Below, one piece after another: positions 1-9,240 of a stretch of 54,769 nt of DNA. The translations under genes and the position numbers were made by a program. Within the stretch, counting starts at the first letter, position 1, and every line of letters begins with the position of its first letter. The notes beneath the pieces were generated by a model. The model was given only the letters and a program-made list of their open reading frames with translations, was not told the origin of the DNA and made no database searches. The stretch lies in IMG/VR virus record IMGVR_UViG_3300005532_000251, positions 1 through 54,769 of that record. One strand, written 5' to 3'. This DNA is from a virus (lineage: Duplodnaviria > Caudoviricetes).

Positions 1-1941
1 ATGGCGACCTACCCTCGCTGTCTTATTGAGCGGCTTGACCCCAGATTTTTTAAGCTGCGCGATGATTTACTCTACCTCTCCCCGCGCTGCGACATGGCGA
101 ACGCCGGAGCACTGCGGGTGCTGGAGACGAAGACCGATCAGCGCATTCAATACATTGGCGAGAAATACGGCATTCCCGATGGCTACATTCCGCCCGACGA
201 CTATCTCTGGCTTGATATATCGCTCCACGAATTTGAAAAGCTCTCATTGGGACTGCGCAAGCGCGCCTCCTATGCCCGCGCCCTCGCTGATCGCGCACCA
301 GAGACTGAGGTGCCTTCCCTCATCCAGCTTGGCTATGTCAGAGCGCGCATCGTCGCCTACTATGACCGGCTCGACAAACCAATGGCTGCGACCAGGATCT
401 ACCGCGATCATCTTGGTCGCTCGTTTGTCATCGTCGCTGATATGGCCGGGCAGTATTTTGGCCGCGATGGCCGTGTACACAATGCGATAGCCGAAGGCTT
501 CACACGGGTTTCCCGGCAATTTCTGCTGCTCTCTGATAATGTCAACGCAGCCATCGCGGCCCTTGATGACCGTGACCCGCCAGAGCCGCTGCCGCGCTGG
601 GAGATAGAGGACAGCGGTGGCAGAAGACACAAGAAAGGCACTGTCAATCAGGCGACGACGAATCCCAAGCTTGACAGCGCCCCGACATTGAATGACTCTT
701 TGCAGATCTCTGCCAACGAGATCCACGCCAATCGAGGGGGTATCCTTGAAATGGCAGGAAGTTCATTCATCTCAGAGAATATCACAGCCGTCGATGATCT
801 GTCTACCTCTGAGGCTGCCCCGGAAGCCCAAAATTCTCAGGGTTTCGACGGAAATTCATCAAAAACAGCGCTGTCCAAAAATGCATGGGGGGCCACTAAA
901 AATGCATGGGGGGGTGATGAAAGTGCAAGGGGCGCGCCTAAATCTTCCGGGGCCTCGCCCAAAAAGGCGCCCTTAAAGAATCAGAATCATTACAGAGATC
1001 TCACAGGAGATTCTAAGAAAGATTCTGCGCAGGCGCCTCTTTCTTTCTCTCTTTATCGAGAGAGCATTGATTTTGAAAAACTCCGCCAGGCCGAATGGTG
1101 CCCGGAAACCGTCGTCGGCCTCTTATCGCACATCCTCGCCATCCCTGCACAATCTGAGGTAAGCCCGGATGCCTGGCGCGCCGAGTGCCTTGAGCCTGCG
1201 GCGCGGCTCATGGAGCAGACGGCGGGCATGGCGCCTTCGCGCGCCTGGGAACGCATCGATACCGTTGCGCGCTATATGGCAACGCCGGGATCGCCGTCGT
1301 GGTGGCAGCAGCCTGTCACGGGTGGCGGGCGTACCACAAAGTCGCCTGTGACACCTAAAAACGTCGCTGACAACTTTGAACGGCAATATGCCGACTATGA
1401 CCGTCATCGCCATCTCTGGCATCCTACAGACTGGACACCCTACGATGGCCCGCCGCTCACCGAGTACGAGCGTGGCTATGGCGGCATCGATCCTGCTCCG
1501 CCTGTCGAAGATACAGCGCCCACCGCCGTACTCGGCGAGCAGGCGGAGTTGGGCGAAGCATTGCCCACAACCGACGAAGTGCCGATAGTCGAGATCGCGC
1601 CGGCCTCCCAGGCGATGGCGCAGCCTTTGTACGCCATGTCACGCGAGGAGGCCGCTGATCTCGCCGATCTCATCGCGGCGCAATATCCGATGCTTTCGCT
1701 CGGCTATCGCGAGGATTACGAGGATGGCAGTGTCGCGCTCTGCGTCGAGCATGCAGAGGACGCGTGGATTACGCTGCGTAGCCACAACGATTGGTATAAT
1801 CCGCCGCCGATTGTACAGCGCCTTATCAAGGCTGCCATTGCTTTCGGCGAAAGCCGTGCTGGCGAAGCTAGCGAAGGGAACAAGGAACACGATGGAGGCG
1901 CCGAGACTGGCGCTATATGCGAGGAAATGAGGACAACATGA
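1..1941 (+). CDS. Putative phage replication initiator (lambda O-like layout)
   Basis: 646-aa ORF with a low-complexity central linker carrying 21-bp-periodic DNA repeats followed by an AT-rich patch, the usual layout of initiators with an intragenic origin. No catalytic motif recognised. Confidence 0.5.
   Translation: MATYPRCLIERLDPRFFKLRDDLLYLSPRCDMANAGALRVLETKTDQRIQYIGEKYGIPDGYIPPDDYLWLDISLHEFEKLSLGLRKRASYARALADRAPETEVPSLIQLGYVRARIVAYYDRLDKPMAATRIYRDHLGRSFVIVADMAGQYFGRDGRVHNAIAEGFTRVSRQFLLLSDNVNAAIAALDDRDPPEPLPRWEIEDSGGRRHKKGTVNQATTNPKLDSAPTLNDSLQISANEIHANRGGILEMAGSSFISENITAVDDLSTSEAAPEAQNSQGFDGNSSKTALSKNAWGATKNAWGGDESARGAPKSSGASPKKAPLKNQNHYRDLTGDSKKDSAQAPLSFSLYRESIDFEKLRQAEWCPETVVGLLSHILAIPAQSEVSPDAWRAECLEPAARLMEQTAGMAPSRAWERIDTVARYMATPGSPSWWQQPVTGGGRTTKSPVTPKNVADNFERQYADYDRHRHLWHPTDWTPYDGPPLTEYERGYGGIDPAPPVEDTAPTAVLGEQAELGEALPTTDEVPIVEIAPASQAMAQPLYAMSREEAADLADLIAAQYPMLSLGYREDYEDGSVALCVEHAEDAWITLRSHNDWYNPPPIVQRLIKAAIAFGESRAGEASEGNKEHDGGAETGAICEEMRTT
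877..932 (+). repeat. Intragenic iteron-like repeats (candidate lytic origin)
   Basis: AAAAATGCATGGGGGG at 877 and 898 and degenerate GAAAGTGCAAGGGG at 919; exact 21-bp spacing; AT-rich tract about 970-1080 follows. Confidence 0.55.
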
Positions 1942-2456
1942 CGATGCGAGCTACGAAACCAACGAGTGGCAAGGCCACGAAGGCGGCGCCGCGCCTCAAA
2001 AACTATGCGAGCGAGGCAAGCCTTGAATCGATCTTCGCGGCGATCCGCACGACGCTCGCCACGCATAAGGCAAAGCGGATTATGTTTGATTACGACGAAG
2101 CTGGCCGCGCCACTGCCATCGAGTTCGTCGTGGAACTGGGCCGGACGCCGTATACGTTCCGGTTGCCTGCGCGCTTTGAAGCAGCGAAACCATTGGTGAA
2201 GAAAGCGCGCGAGGATGCCGGGGCATGGCGGATTTCCGAAGAGAAGCTTGATGAGCAGGCATATCGCGCTGTCTGGGCAACGATCCGCGACTGGGTGAGC
2301 GCTCAGATGGCGCTGATCGACATTGGCGCATCGAGGATGGAAGAGGTCTTTATGCCGTATCTCATCGTTGAGCCGGGGGTGACGATGTTTGAGCGCTTTG
2401 CAGAGCAGCGTCAGCTTCCGGCGCCAAAATTCAGCATCACGGAGGAAATGACGTAG
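1938..2456 (+). CDS. Conserved phage hypothetical protein
   Basis: ATGA overlap with the upstream stop and GAGG RBS. Pattern NY..K..IM.DY..F..RLP..QAYR.VW..I.DWV.AQMA..EEVF.PY resembles a widespread phage replication-region family. Confidence 0.7.
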   Translation: MTMRATKPTSGKATKAAPRLKNYASEASLESIFAAIRTTLATHKAKRIMFDYDEAGRATAIEFVVELGRTPYTFRLPARFEAAKPLVKKAREDAGAWRISEEKLDEQAYRAVWATIRDWVSAQMALIDIGASRMEEVFMPYLIVEPGVTMFERFAEQRQLPAPKFSITEEMT

Positions 2457-2476
2457 TGCGTTGAACAGGAATGCGC

Positions 2477-2545
2477 CTGGCAAGGTGAAAGCTGCCAGGC
2501 GACGATCCGGCGCATGGGGATGCTCGGATCGAGGACATTATAGCA
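2477..2545 (-). promoter_or_regulatory. Antisense extended -10 promoter over two hairpins
   Basis: Perfect TGCTATAAT on the minus strand (2537-2545) firing across the CGATCCG/CGGATCG and CGCCTGGCA/TGCCAGGCG stems. Confidence 0.45.
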
Positions 2546-2567
2546 AAGCATGGGAAAGGTTAGCACA

Positions 2568-2885
2568 ATGACGGATCTCGTTCCCTACACCTTTGGGGAA
2601 AGCATGCTCCCCGCATCAGCGGGTGGCGCATTGCCGCCGGGGCAACTTCAAGGCGTTCACTTTACCGTGACAGCTCAAATTTCCTGGATTTTGGAGAAAC
2701 TTGAGCAGTGGTTTCGTGACCGCAATGAAGTCATCCTGGTCGCTCATGGATCAACACGGCAGGGCTTAGGCTTTGTCATCCTTGAATGGGAGGAGTGCGA
2801 GGTTGACCCGCTCTTCCTGGCTATCTTAGAGCATGAGGACATCGTGGCAGATTACGCCGTCTACACCCGCACGGCGGAGGTGTAG
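2568..2885 (+). CDS. Hypothetical protein, first gene of the putative transfer module
   Basis: AAAGG upstream of ATG 2568; tightly coupled to the next two genes. Confidence 0.6.
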   Translation: MTDLVPYTFGESMLPASAGGALPPGQLQGVHFTVTAQISWILEKLEQWFRDRNEVILVAHGSTRQGLGFVILEWEECEVDPLFLAILEHEDIVADYAVYTRTAEV

Positions 2886-2887
2886 CC

Positions 2888-3445
2888 ATGCGAGGAGCGA
2901 CAACGAACACGGCGAAAAGCGGCGGCGAGCCTCTGGCTCCGACGTTTCTCTATGGCTTACTCGAAGTTGGCACGGGCCTATTCTGCTCATTTCAGCAGCT
3001 TATGACGACGCATGACAGCATCGTCGGCATTCTGCAAGGTGGAATCATTGTCCCCTCGCACATGAGCGCGCAGGCTCTGCTCGCGTTCATTCAGAGCAAT
3101 ATGGACAAAGATAATCGTATTGCCTGGACGGTAGCAATCGTCACACAGGTTCTGTATTGGGGCGCGATGCTGCACGCCGGGCCATTCCAGCGAAGGCTCC
3201 TACACCGGCTGACGATCTGGGGATTCTTCGGCCTGGAGATTGTCACCGACCTCTGGTATAGCATCGCAACGAACACGACGCTCGGCGGCGCGTTCGTATG
3301 GATCTTTAATTTTGGTAACGGCGGCTGGCTGGTCAGCCTCTGCTATATCGCAGCGATGAGTGCCGGATCGATCTTCCTGGTATGGCGCGGCCTCTCGCGG
3401 CTCGGCAAGTGTGCAAGTGTGGTCTTTGCGAGCGAAAACCACTAA
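2888..3445 (+). CDS. Multi-pass membrane protein (Spd-like candidate)
   Basis: GGAGG RBS; 3-4 hydrophobic segments; lies directly upstream of the ATPase. Confidence 0.6.
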   Translation: MRGATTNTAKSGGEPLAPTFLYGLLEVGTGLFCSFQQLMTTHDSIVGILQGGIIVPSHMSAQALLAFIQSNMDKDNRIAWTVAIVTQVLYWGAMLHAGPFQRRLLHRLTIWGFFGLEIVTDLWYSIATNTTLGGAFVWIFNFGNGGWLVSLCYIAAMSAGSIFLVWRGLSRLGKCASVVFASENH

Positions 3446-3458
3446 GGAGGGATACGAG

Positions 3459-4970
3459 ATGGGCGATGAGCACGAAGAGGACAATGATGGCTTTGTCCCT
3501 CTCTCCACGGGAACCGAGGCGGGCATCGCAGCGTTCTTCGTGGGCGCGCCGTTTCTGGGCATGGCTTCGGCCATGCTCGGACTCGGCGAGGCTGGTATCC
3601 TGGCCGGCGTTATCGGCGGCGGGGCGCTCGCAATCGCCGCAAAGGTCGCGGTTGATGGCAATGCAGGAAAGAATCCTCACGTTACCCTGCCTGGGCTTAC
3701 ACAGCTACGCTCAGCCAACTGGCGCGCGCTGTTCGTGCCTACCGATATCGATGACCAGGTGCAGACCTTGACAACGAACGAAGCGTCGAGTCTTTCTCAC
3801 AATGAAAGCGAAGAATACATGGATCTTGGCAGCACCTTGCGTCCGCATGCCAACGCGATCTTCTCTGGCCGCAAGGCGCTCTTTGGTGCTTCGGATGCCG
3901 GCAAGTCGAATGCTGTCGCCGTGATCTGTGAGGAGATCGCGAAGTTCGGCGCGCCGCTCTTCCTGCTCGATACCGAGGATGAATACCGCGCGCTCTGCGA
4001 TAAGCGGTACTTTCCGCGCCCGGTGTGGGTGGAGAGTGCTCGCATCGCGCCATCGCAGGCATACGACTTTGCGCAGTGGGCGATGAATAAGCGCGCCCAG
4101 GTCGTCGTTAACCTGCAAAGCTACGAGGATGACGAGGCGGCCTGGCTGATGATCGATCTTATCAAGGGTATCCGAGCATGGGAGGAATCGCATGATCGCA
4201 TCCCATGCGAGGTCATCTTAGACGAGGCGACGGTGTGGCTGCCGCAGAATGTCGCTGAGAGCACCCTTGCACGCATCATGGTCGCTGATCCAGAGGCAGG
4301 CGAGGAAGGCAAGCAGATCTCATTGCTGGCGCTCTTACAGCGGGCCTTCTTTTCAGTCGTCGTGCGCAGAGGACGCAAGCGCGGCATGGGCTTTACCTTC
4401 GCTGCGCAGCGCATCGCTGAGATCGACAAGCGCGCGCTGCAAGCATCCTGGCTGATCCTGATGAAGCAGGCACAGCCGGCGGATTTCCGCATCTACAAGG
4501 AATTTGGCATCGAGGGAGACGCAGCGCTCTCTCTTGCCAAAGGCGAGGCGTTCGTCCAGGCCCCAGGCAAAACAATGGAACGACATCAATTCCGGCTGCG
4601 TCGCTCCCCGCATGGCGCCCACGCGCCGGGATTGGCGGAGCTGCGCAAGGCCGTTTCCGCGAGCGTTTCCCAACCTGGAAACAGCGGAAACGACGGAAAC
4701 ACCAATGGAAACAGCGCGGAAACGCCTCTACAGGCCAATGCAGCCAAGATCATTACGGATGTGTTTCCTGTTTCCCAGGATGGAAACGACGACCATTCGA
4801 GCGCAGGCAATGGCCTCCCTGTTTCCCCGGAAACGCGGAAACACATCGCCGCGATGCGCGAGGCAGGATACCCAGATCGGGACATTGCGCAGCTCGTTGG
4901 CTTATCCGGGCGCAAGTATGCGCTCTATCGGCAAGTCGTGGCATCGCTTGGCTCTACCCGCGAAGCATAG
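3459..4970 (+). CDS. Membrane-anchored FtsK/HerA-superfamily (DUF87-like) ATPase with C-terminal HTH
   Basis: AAGGAGG RBS; N-terminal TM pair; Walker A GASDAGKS; Walker B VILDEA; RRGRKRG arginine-finger region followed by AAQR; C-terminal REAGYPDRDIAQLVGLS HTH-like segment. Confidence 0.8.
   Translation: MGDEHEEDNDGFVPLSTGTEAGIAAFFVGAPFLGMASAMLGLGEAGILAGVIGGGALAIAAKVAVDGNAGKNPHVTLPGLTQLRSANWRALFVPTDIDDQVQTLTTNEASSLSHNESEEYMDLGSTLRPHANAIFSGRKALFGASDAGKSNAVAVICEEIAKFGAPLFLLDTEDEYRALCDKRYFPRPVWVESARIAPSQAYDFAQWAMNKRAQVVVNLQSYEDDEAAWLMIDLIKGIRAWEESHDRIPCEVILDEATVWLPQNVAESTLARIMVADPEAGEEGKQISLLALLQRAFFSVVVRRGRKRGMGFTFAAQRIAEIDKRALQASWLILMKQAQPADFRIYKEFGIEGDAALSLAKGEAFVQAPGKTMERHQFRLRRSPHGAHAPGLAELRKAVSASVSQPGNSGNDGNTNGNSAETPLQANAAKIITDVFPVSQDGNDDHSSAGNGLPVSPETRKHIAAMREAGYPDRDIAQLVGLSGRKYALYRQVVASLGSTREA
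4653..4842. repeat. Cluster of 13 GGAAAC/GTTTCC hexamers (clt-like)
   Basis: GTTTCC at 4653, 4665, 4763, 4770, 4821; GGAAAC at 4677, 4686, 4695, 4707, 4718, 4782, 4829, 4837; they fall in different reading frames. Confidence 0.8.
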
Positions 4971-4971
4971 G

Positions 4972-5069
4972 GACAAGTACCGAACAAGCGCGGTACTTGT
5001 CTGTAGTAGAACACGCAATACCAGCAAAATAACACAGATAGACAAAGCAGTACCGCGCAAGTTCGGTAC
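4972..5069. promoter_or_regulatory. Paired palindromic operators / parC-like centromere
   Basis: GACAAGTACCG-N8-CGGTACTTGTC (4972-5001) and GTACCG-N8-CGGTAC (5050-5069), near-inverted copies of each other, upstream of parM. Confidence 0.65.
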
Positions 5070-5093
5070 AAGTTCAGAGCAAGGAGGAACACA

Positions 5094-6182
5094 ATGAACA
5101 TGAGATGGTATGGCTATGGGCATGACTTTGGCAACTCGGAGATCGGCGGCGTCACCGTCTGCGATGGCAAGATGCTCTCCGCATCTATTCCGACTGCCAT
5201 CGCAAAGATCGATACGGCAGCCATGCGCAATCTCGGCATCGACATCGCGGCAAGAGATGCACACATCATAGGGTTCGCCGATGAGGAGAGCACCTGGGCC
5301 GTCGGCGATCTCGCTTTACAACAGACGAGCGCCGCCTGGCATGGACGTGGCGATATCCAGAGATATGCGAGCAAGCAGAGCCTGCGCGGCTTGCTCACGG
5401 TGGCGTCCTCGCTCATCCCTGATCGCGAGTTCGGTCTCTACGTCGTCACCGGGCTGCCAGCGGAGATCTACATGAAAAACGATGCGTTGCGCAAAGACAT
5501 CAAGGCAGCCCTGGAAGGTCGGCATGTCTTCACGACTGACGGCGGCTCTACATGGCGCATTGCCCACGTTGAGGTTGCAAAAGTTGTCATGGAGGGCGCC
5601 GGGGCACTCATCGCCTACGGTAGCCAGCAAGAGCAGAATAGGTACGCTGCTGTCATCGATGTTGGAGGCCGCACAACGGATCTCTATGTGGCCCGTGCAG
5701 GCGTGCCGCAGGCTGAGTTCTGCCGTGGCAAACCGCTGGGAGTTGCCACGGCTGCTGAGGCGATCAAGGCTGCCTTCGAGGAGAAGCACGAGTATCCGCT
5801 GACGGACCTGGAGGCCCGCGACATTCTTCATGCCTATGTCAGTCATGGGAGCAAGAGCTACCCGGAGATTACCGCGTATGGCAAGGAAATCAATCCGCTT
5901 GCCATCGAAAAGGTTGTAAAGCAAGCCGTTACCGATGTTGGCGCCGAGATCGTCTCGTTCACAGCCAGCTCCTGGCGGCAAAGCGAGCGCGGCGCTGTCG
6001 CGGTGAGCTTTAAGCCAGTGCTCTGCATCGGCGGCGGGACCTTCTACTTCTATTCGTCGCTCAAAGAGCGCATACCGCATATCTCGCGTGTCAGTAATCC
6101 GGTGCATGCCAATGCTATCGGGTATTGCACACTCGCAGCGCAGCTCTATAACCGTCGTCCAACGCAGAGCGCAGCATCGTAA
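5094..6182 (+). CDS. parM: ParM/StbA-family actin-like partition ATPase
   Basis: Actin phosphate-1 GHDFGNSEI, VVTGLP, MEGAGA, phosphate-2 IDVGGRTTD, IGGG, ANAIGY; AAGGAGG RBS. Confidence 0.88.
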   Translation: MNMRWYGYGHDFGNSEIGGVTVCDGKMLSASIPTAIAKIDTAAMRNLGIDIAARDAHIIGFADEESTWAVGDLALQQTSAAWHGRGDIQRYASKQSLRGLLTVASSLIPDREFGLYVVTGLPAEIYMKNDALRKDIKAALEGRHVFTTDGGSTWRIAHVEVAKVVMEGAGALIAYGSQQEQNRYAAVIDVGGRTTDLYVARAGVPQAEFCRGKPLGVATAAEAIKAAFEEKHEYPLTDLEARDILHAYVSHGSKSYPEITAYGKEINPLAIEKVVKQAVTDVGAEIVSFTASSWRQSERGAVAVSFKPVLCIGGGTFYFYSSLKERIPHISRVSNPVHANAIGYCTLAAQLYNRRPTQSAAS

Positions 6183-6184
6183 TC

Positions 6185-6490
6185 ATGGAGATCGTCATGC
6201 CGAAAGATCGTGAAAAGTTTCAGTACTATGAGGTCGGAATCCTGCGCGATTCCGACCTGCACCGAGATATCCTTGCCGATGCTGAGGCATCGCAGATGCC
6301 GGGGCATATTCCGTTGCTGCTCGCCGCTCGGCTCTCTGAGTACTATGCATTGCGTCGAGCTGGCGCGATCCCTGCTCTGTCAGCCACGGCCTCAAAACAA
6401 GGAGAGCATATCGAAGAGAGCGATGTCGTCACAGAGGCACCGCCAGGCGTGGCTGCGCAGTCAGCCCTCGGCTATGAGTGGCCGGATTAA
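6185..6490 (+). CDS. Putative ParR-like adaptor
   Basis: Small ORF directly after parM, with an ordered N-terminus and acidic flexible tail. Assigned mainly by position. Confidence 0.55.
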   Translation: MEIVMPKDREKFQYYEVGILRDSDLHRDILADAEASQMPGHIPLLLAARLSEYYALRRAGAIPALSATASKQGEHIEESDVVTEAPPGVAAQSALGYEWPD

Positions 6491-6509
6491 TCGAAGATTG
6501 GAGGGAATT

Positions 6510-6815
6510 ATGCCAATACAAACAATGACTTACGAAGCCCCGCTCGGCTCGCCGACGTACTGGCAGCGCAATGACTGGCCTGACGAGCTGCGCCGGGCCA
6601 TGAACGCATTTCTTCACCGACACGCGATGACTGCCGCGCAGATCGCGCTCGTCCGGGCGTATTTGCAGTATTACGTCGAGGCGCCGTGCTGGATCGTCGA
6701 GGACAAAGAAGAGCAGTGGCAGCGACTGCGTGAACGCGCAAAGACCGCCAGGAGCGCCGTCGAACTGCGCGATATCATCAATATATGCAAGGCGCTCGAC
6801 ATCGATCCGCTGTAA
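6510..6815 (+). CDS. Hypothetical protein
   Basis: GGAGG RBS before ATG 6510 (MPIQTMTYEAP...). Confidence 0.65.
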   Translation: MPIQTMTYEAPLGSPTYWQRNDWPDELRRAMNAFLHRHAMTAAQIALVRAYLQYYVEAPCWIVEDKEEQWQRLRERAKTARSAVELRDIINICKALDIDPL

Positions 6816-6831
6816 TGCGCGAGGAGGAATA

Positions 6832-7359
6832 ATGGATATTCAAGCATTGACGCAGCACGCCAAAGAATTTTTACTCCAGGACAGGGAACTCGCGCCGGTA
6901 CTCTTTGCCGAGCTTTCCGGCAAGGAGATCACACTGCATTTCTTTGCAACCTTCCCGAATAGCTTGCGTGCGCAGCGAGCAGCGATGTTCGAGCTTGGGC
7001 GCTCGCATGGCAAAAGGCATAAAAACGCAGAGATTACGCAACTCTGTCTTATTCAGGAAGTCTGGGGACAGACCTCAGCCTGCGGCGCGCCGATCCCGCC
7101 ATACAAACCATCGGAAGATCCGGCGCGCAAGGAATATCTGCTCGTTCATGTGCTCAATGTAGGGCCGGGCCAGCAGTATGAGTATCAGGGCCGTTTCATC
7201 GAAATCCTGAGAGCCGGTGGGAGCATTGATCTTGCGCCGGAGAGCGAGCCTTACGAGGCCAAAGAAGGATTGCTGGACTATTTCCTCGCTGGCTTTAGGA
7301 GCCGCGATCTCTCAGAGAAGAAGCTGAGAAAGCTGTTGAAAGCAGCGGTTTCACGATGA
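6832..7359 (+). CDS. Hypothetical protein
   Basis: GAGGAGG RBS before ATG 6832 (MDIQALTQH...). Confidence 0.7.
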   Translation: MDIQALTQHAKEFLLQDRELAPVLFAELSGKEITLHFFATFPNSLRAQRAAMFELGRSHGKRHKNAEITQLCLIQEVWGQTSACGAPIPPYKPSEDPARKEYLLVHVLNVGPGQQYEYQGRFIEILRAGGSIDLAPESEPYEAKEGLLDYFLAGFRSRDLSEKKLRKLLKAAVSR

Positions 7360-7431
7360 TGGTCCGGGATCCGATCATAAACGCAAATGGTCGGCGTGCG
7401 CGAAGTTTGAGCAGTATACGCGAGAAAATCA

Positions 7432-7746
7432 ATGAATGTATTGACAACCATAGAAAATCCTTACTGGGACGAGGTAGCAGAACTTTTCACGCTGCCACCA
7501 ATGTCGTATGGCGACGATCTCGGAAGCCTCGCCTGGCGTCATCGTATAGATGCCCAGATACAGCAGTTCAGAGCGCGCGATGACTTTGTACGCCGCTATG
7601 CCTGGGCCGTGTCTGACCCGGCATCGCTCGACTTTGTGGCAGAGTGGCTTGGCGAGCGTGCCATTGAGATCGGCGCCGGCACAGGATATTGGGCCTGGCA
7701 GCTTGCGCAGCGCGGCACGGATATCATCGCCGTGGACGACGAATAA
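7432..7746 (+). pseudogene. Truncated class I SAM-dependent methyltransferase-like ORF
   Basis: Motif I IEIGAGTGYWA and the following strand IIAVD are present, then a stop codon; the rest of the Rossmann fold is missing. Confidence 0.55.
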
Positions 7747-7800
7747 AATCGAAGCGAGCAGCAATCCCGCTGCTTCTCATTAAAAATCGAGGGGGTAACT

Positions 7801-8262
7801 ATGACCACAGCACTTATCGCAACACCATCACCGAATGACACTGACGCGCAACTCCAGGCCGTTGCGGCAGAGCAAGCATCGAAGACGCCGGGGGCGTCAT
7901 TATTTCCGAAGGTCTACATTATTGCGCCGATGCCGAAGACGAGAGGCTCACGCGAGGCCGTCTTCAATCTCGAAACAGCGCCGCCAAAGGTCTTCGATGG
8001 CTGGCTCTACCAGCGCTGTGTTGAAGCGAAGATTACGCACCCCGACTTCATTGCCAAAGTAGGCAGCCTCGACTGGACAGCATGGAGCCTCGCTGATCGC
8101 TGGACGGCTATCGAGGCCCTGGCGAAGCATCTTGCCGAAGAGGGCAAAACGCTGCCCCTCTATGAGAGCAAGGCGGCAGCTCAAGCCGTGCTCATCGCCA
8201 AAGAAGCCCAGGCACAGCATTCCGCGTGCAATGAGAGCGAGGCCGTCGATGAGCAGCCATGA
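7801..8262 (+). CDS. Hypothetical protein
   Basis: GAGGGGG RBS; coupled to the downstream gene. Confidence 0.65.
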   Translation: MTTALIATPSPNDTDAQLQAVAAEQASKTPGASLFPKVYIIAPMPKTRGSREAVFNLETAPPKVFDGWLYQRCVEAKITHPDFIAKVGSLDWTAWSLADRWTAIEALAKHLAEEGKTLPLYESKAAAQAVLIAKEAQAQHSACNESEAVDEQP

Positions 8263-8617
8263 TGATTTGGGGGCCGTCGAGAAGATCGCAGAGGAAGTTG
8301 CGCGGAAAGCCTGGGATGACGCGGAGCGTCGCGAGCAATGCATCGAGGAGCGAATCCGAGCGGCAGTCGGCGCCCATCTTGAAAGCAATGGATGGCCTGG
8401 CTATGAGATTATCCACGTCTGTAAGCATGTGCTCCCTGATGGAAGGCCAATCTATGTGATCGGTGAGGTGCTTAAAACAACATTCTGGAAAGGACAAGAC
8501 CGCTATCAGAGCATCGAGATCGGCCATGACCTGGTGCTCTCCGATGGCGAAGGCTTTGTTATTTTGCCGAAAGCTGCGATGAGCAGCAAGAGTGAGGACG
8601 CCGATGGACAGCAATAG
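8249..8617 (+). CDS. Hypothetical protein
   Basis: GAGG RBS; overlapping operon arrangement. Confidence 0.6.
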   Translation: MSSHDDLGAVEKIAEEVARKAWDDAERREQCIEERIRAAVGAHLESNGWPGYEIIHVCKHVLPDGRPIYVIGEVLKTTFWKGQDRYQSIEIGHDLVLSDGEGFVILPKAAMSSKSEDADGQQ

Positions 8618-9035
8618 CCTGCTCTTTGCCGCACGCGCCTACACCGAGCTGATCGTCGTGCTCTTCGCGATCTGTATTGGCTGGCGCTATGCACAGCGCC
8701 GGAAAGTCCTCACCTGGTGGACGCTGTGGATCGGCGTGATCTTAGTTCTTGCGCTTGGCATTGAGCACATGCCGCCCATACCTCTACGGGGCTACCTTGT
8801 TGGCGCGGCCATCGTCCTTTTCGTGGTCTTTCTTCCCGGCTGGCTACGCGATGGAGGAGAGCGCGATCTGCGCCCGCGCTCCCTGTCCTGGGAGACCGAG
8901 CAGTTCATCGGCTTCATCGTGACAGATCGCGAGCGCGATGGATGCCGCATTATCCAGATCGACCTCGTTGACAATGATGGCAATACTCGCGTCGTCTATC
9001 GATGCGACAAAGAGGAAGCGAGGCCGAAGGAATGA
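8604..9035 (+). CDS. Membrane protein (about 3 TM)
   Basis: GAGG RBS; hydrophobic N-terminal half. Confidence 0.6.
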   Translation: MDSNSLLFAARAYTELIVVLFAICIGWRYAQRRKVLTWWTLWIGVILVLALGIEHMPPIPLRGYLVGAAIVLFVVFLPGWLRDGGERDLRPRSLSWETEQFIGFIVTDRERDGCRIIQIDLVDNDGNTRVVYRCDKEEARPKE

Positions 9036-9208
9036 TGCTTGTCGGCGCAGCAGCGCTCGCACTCTTGCCCAGCGCTGCATTCTTCAGCTATGGCCTGTGG
9101 CGCTATAGTGGTCGCCGTCTTCCCTGGCGCGATCTTGGCTTAGCTCTGCTCTGGGCAGCGTTCGCGGCGATATTTCTCTGGTTCGCAGTGCAGGTCCTTT
9201 TGCATTGA
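9032..9208 (+). CDS. Small 2-TM membrane protein
   Basis: ATGA overlap with the upstream stop; two hydrophobic helices. Confidence 0.55.
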   Translation: MMLVGAAALALLPSAAFFSYGLWRYSGRRLPWRDLGLALLWAAFAAIFLWFAVQVLLH

Positions 9209-9240
9209 CGCGTGGATGGCGCGCGCGGTATACTACGCGC

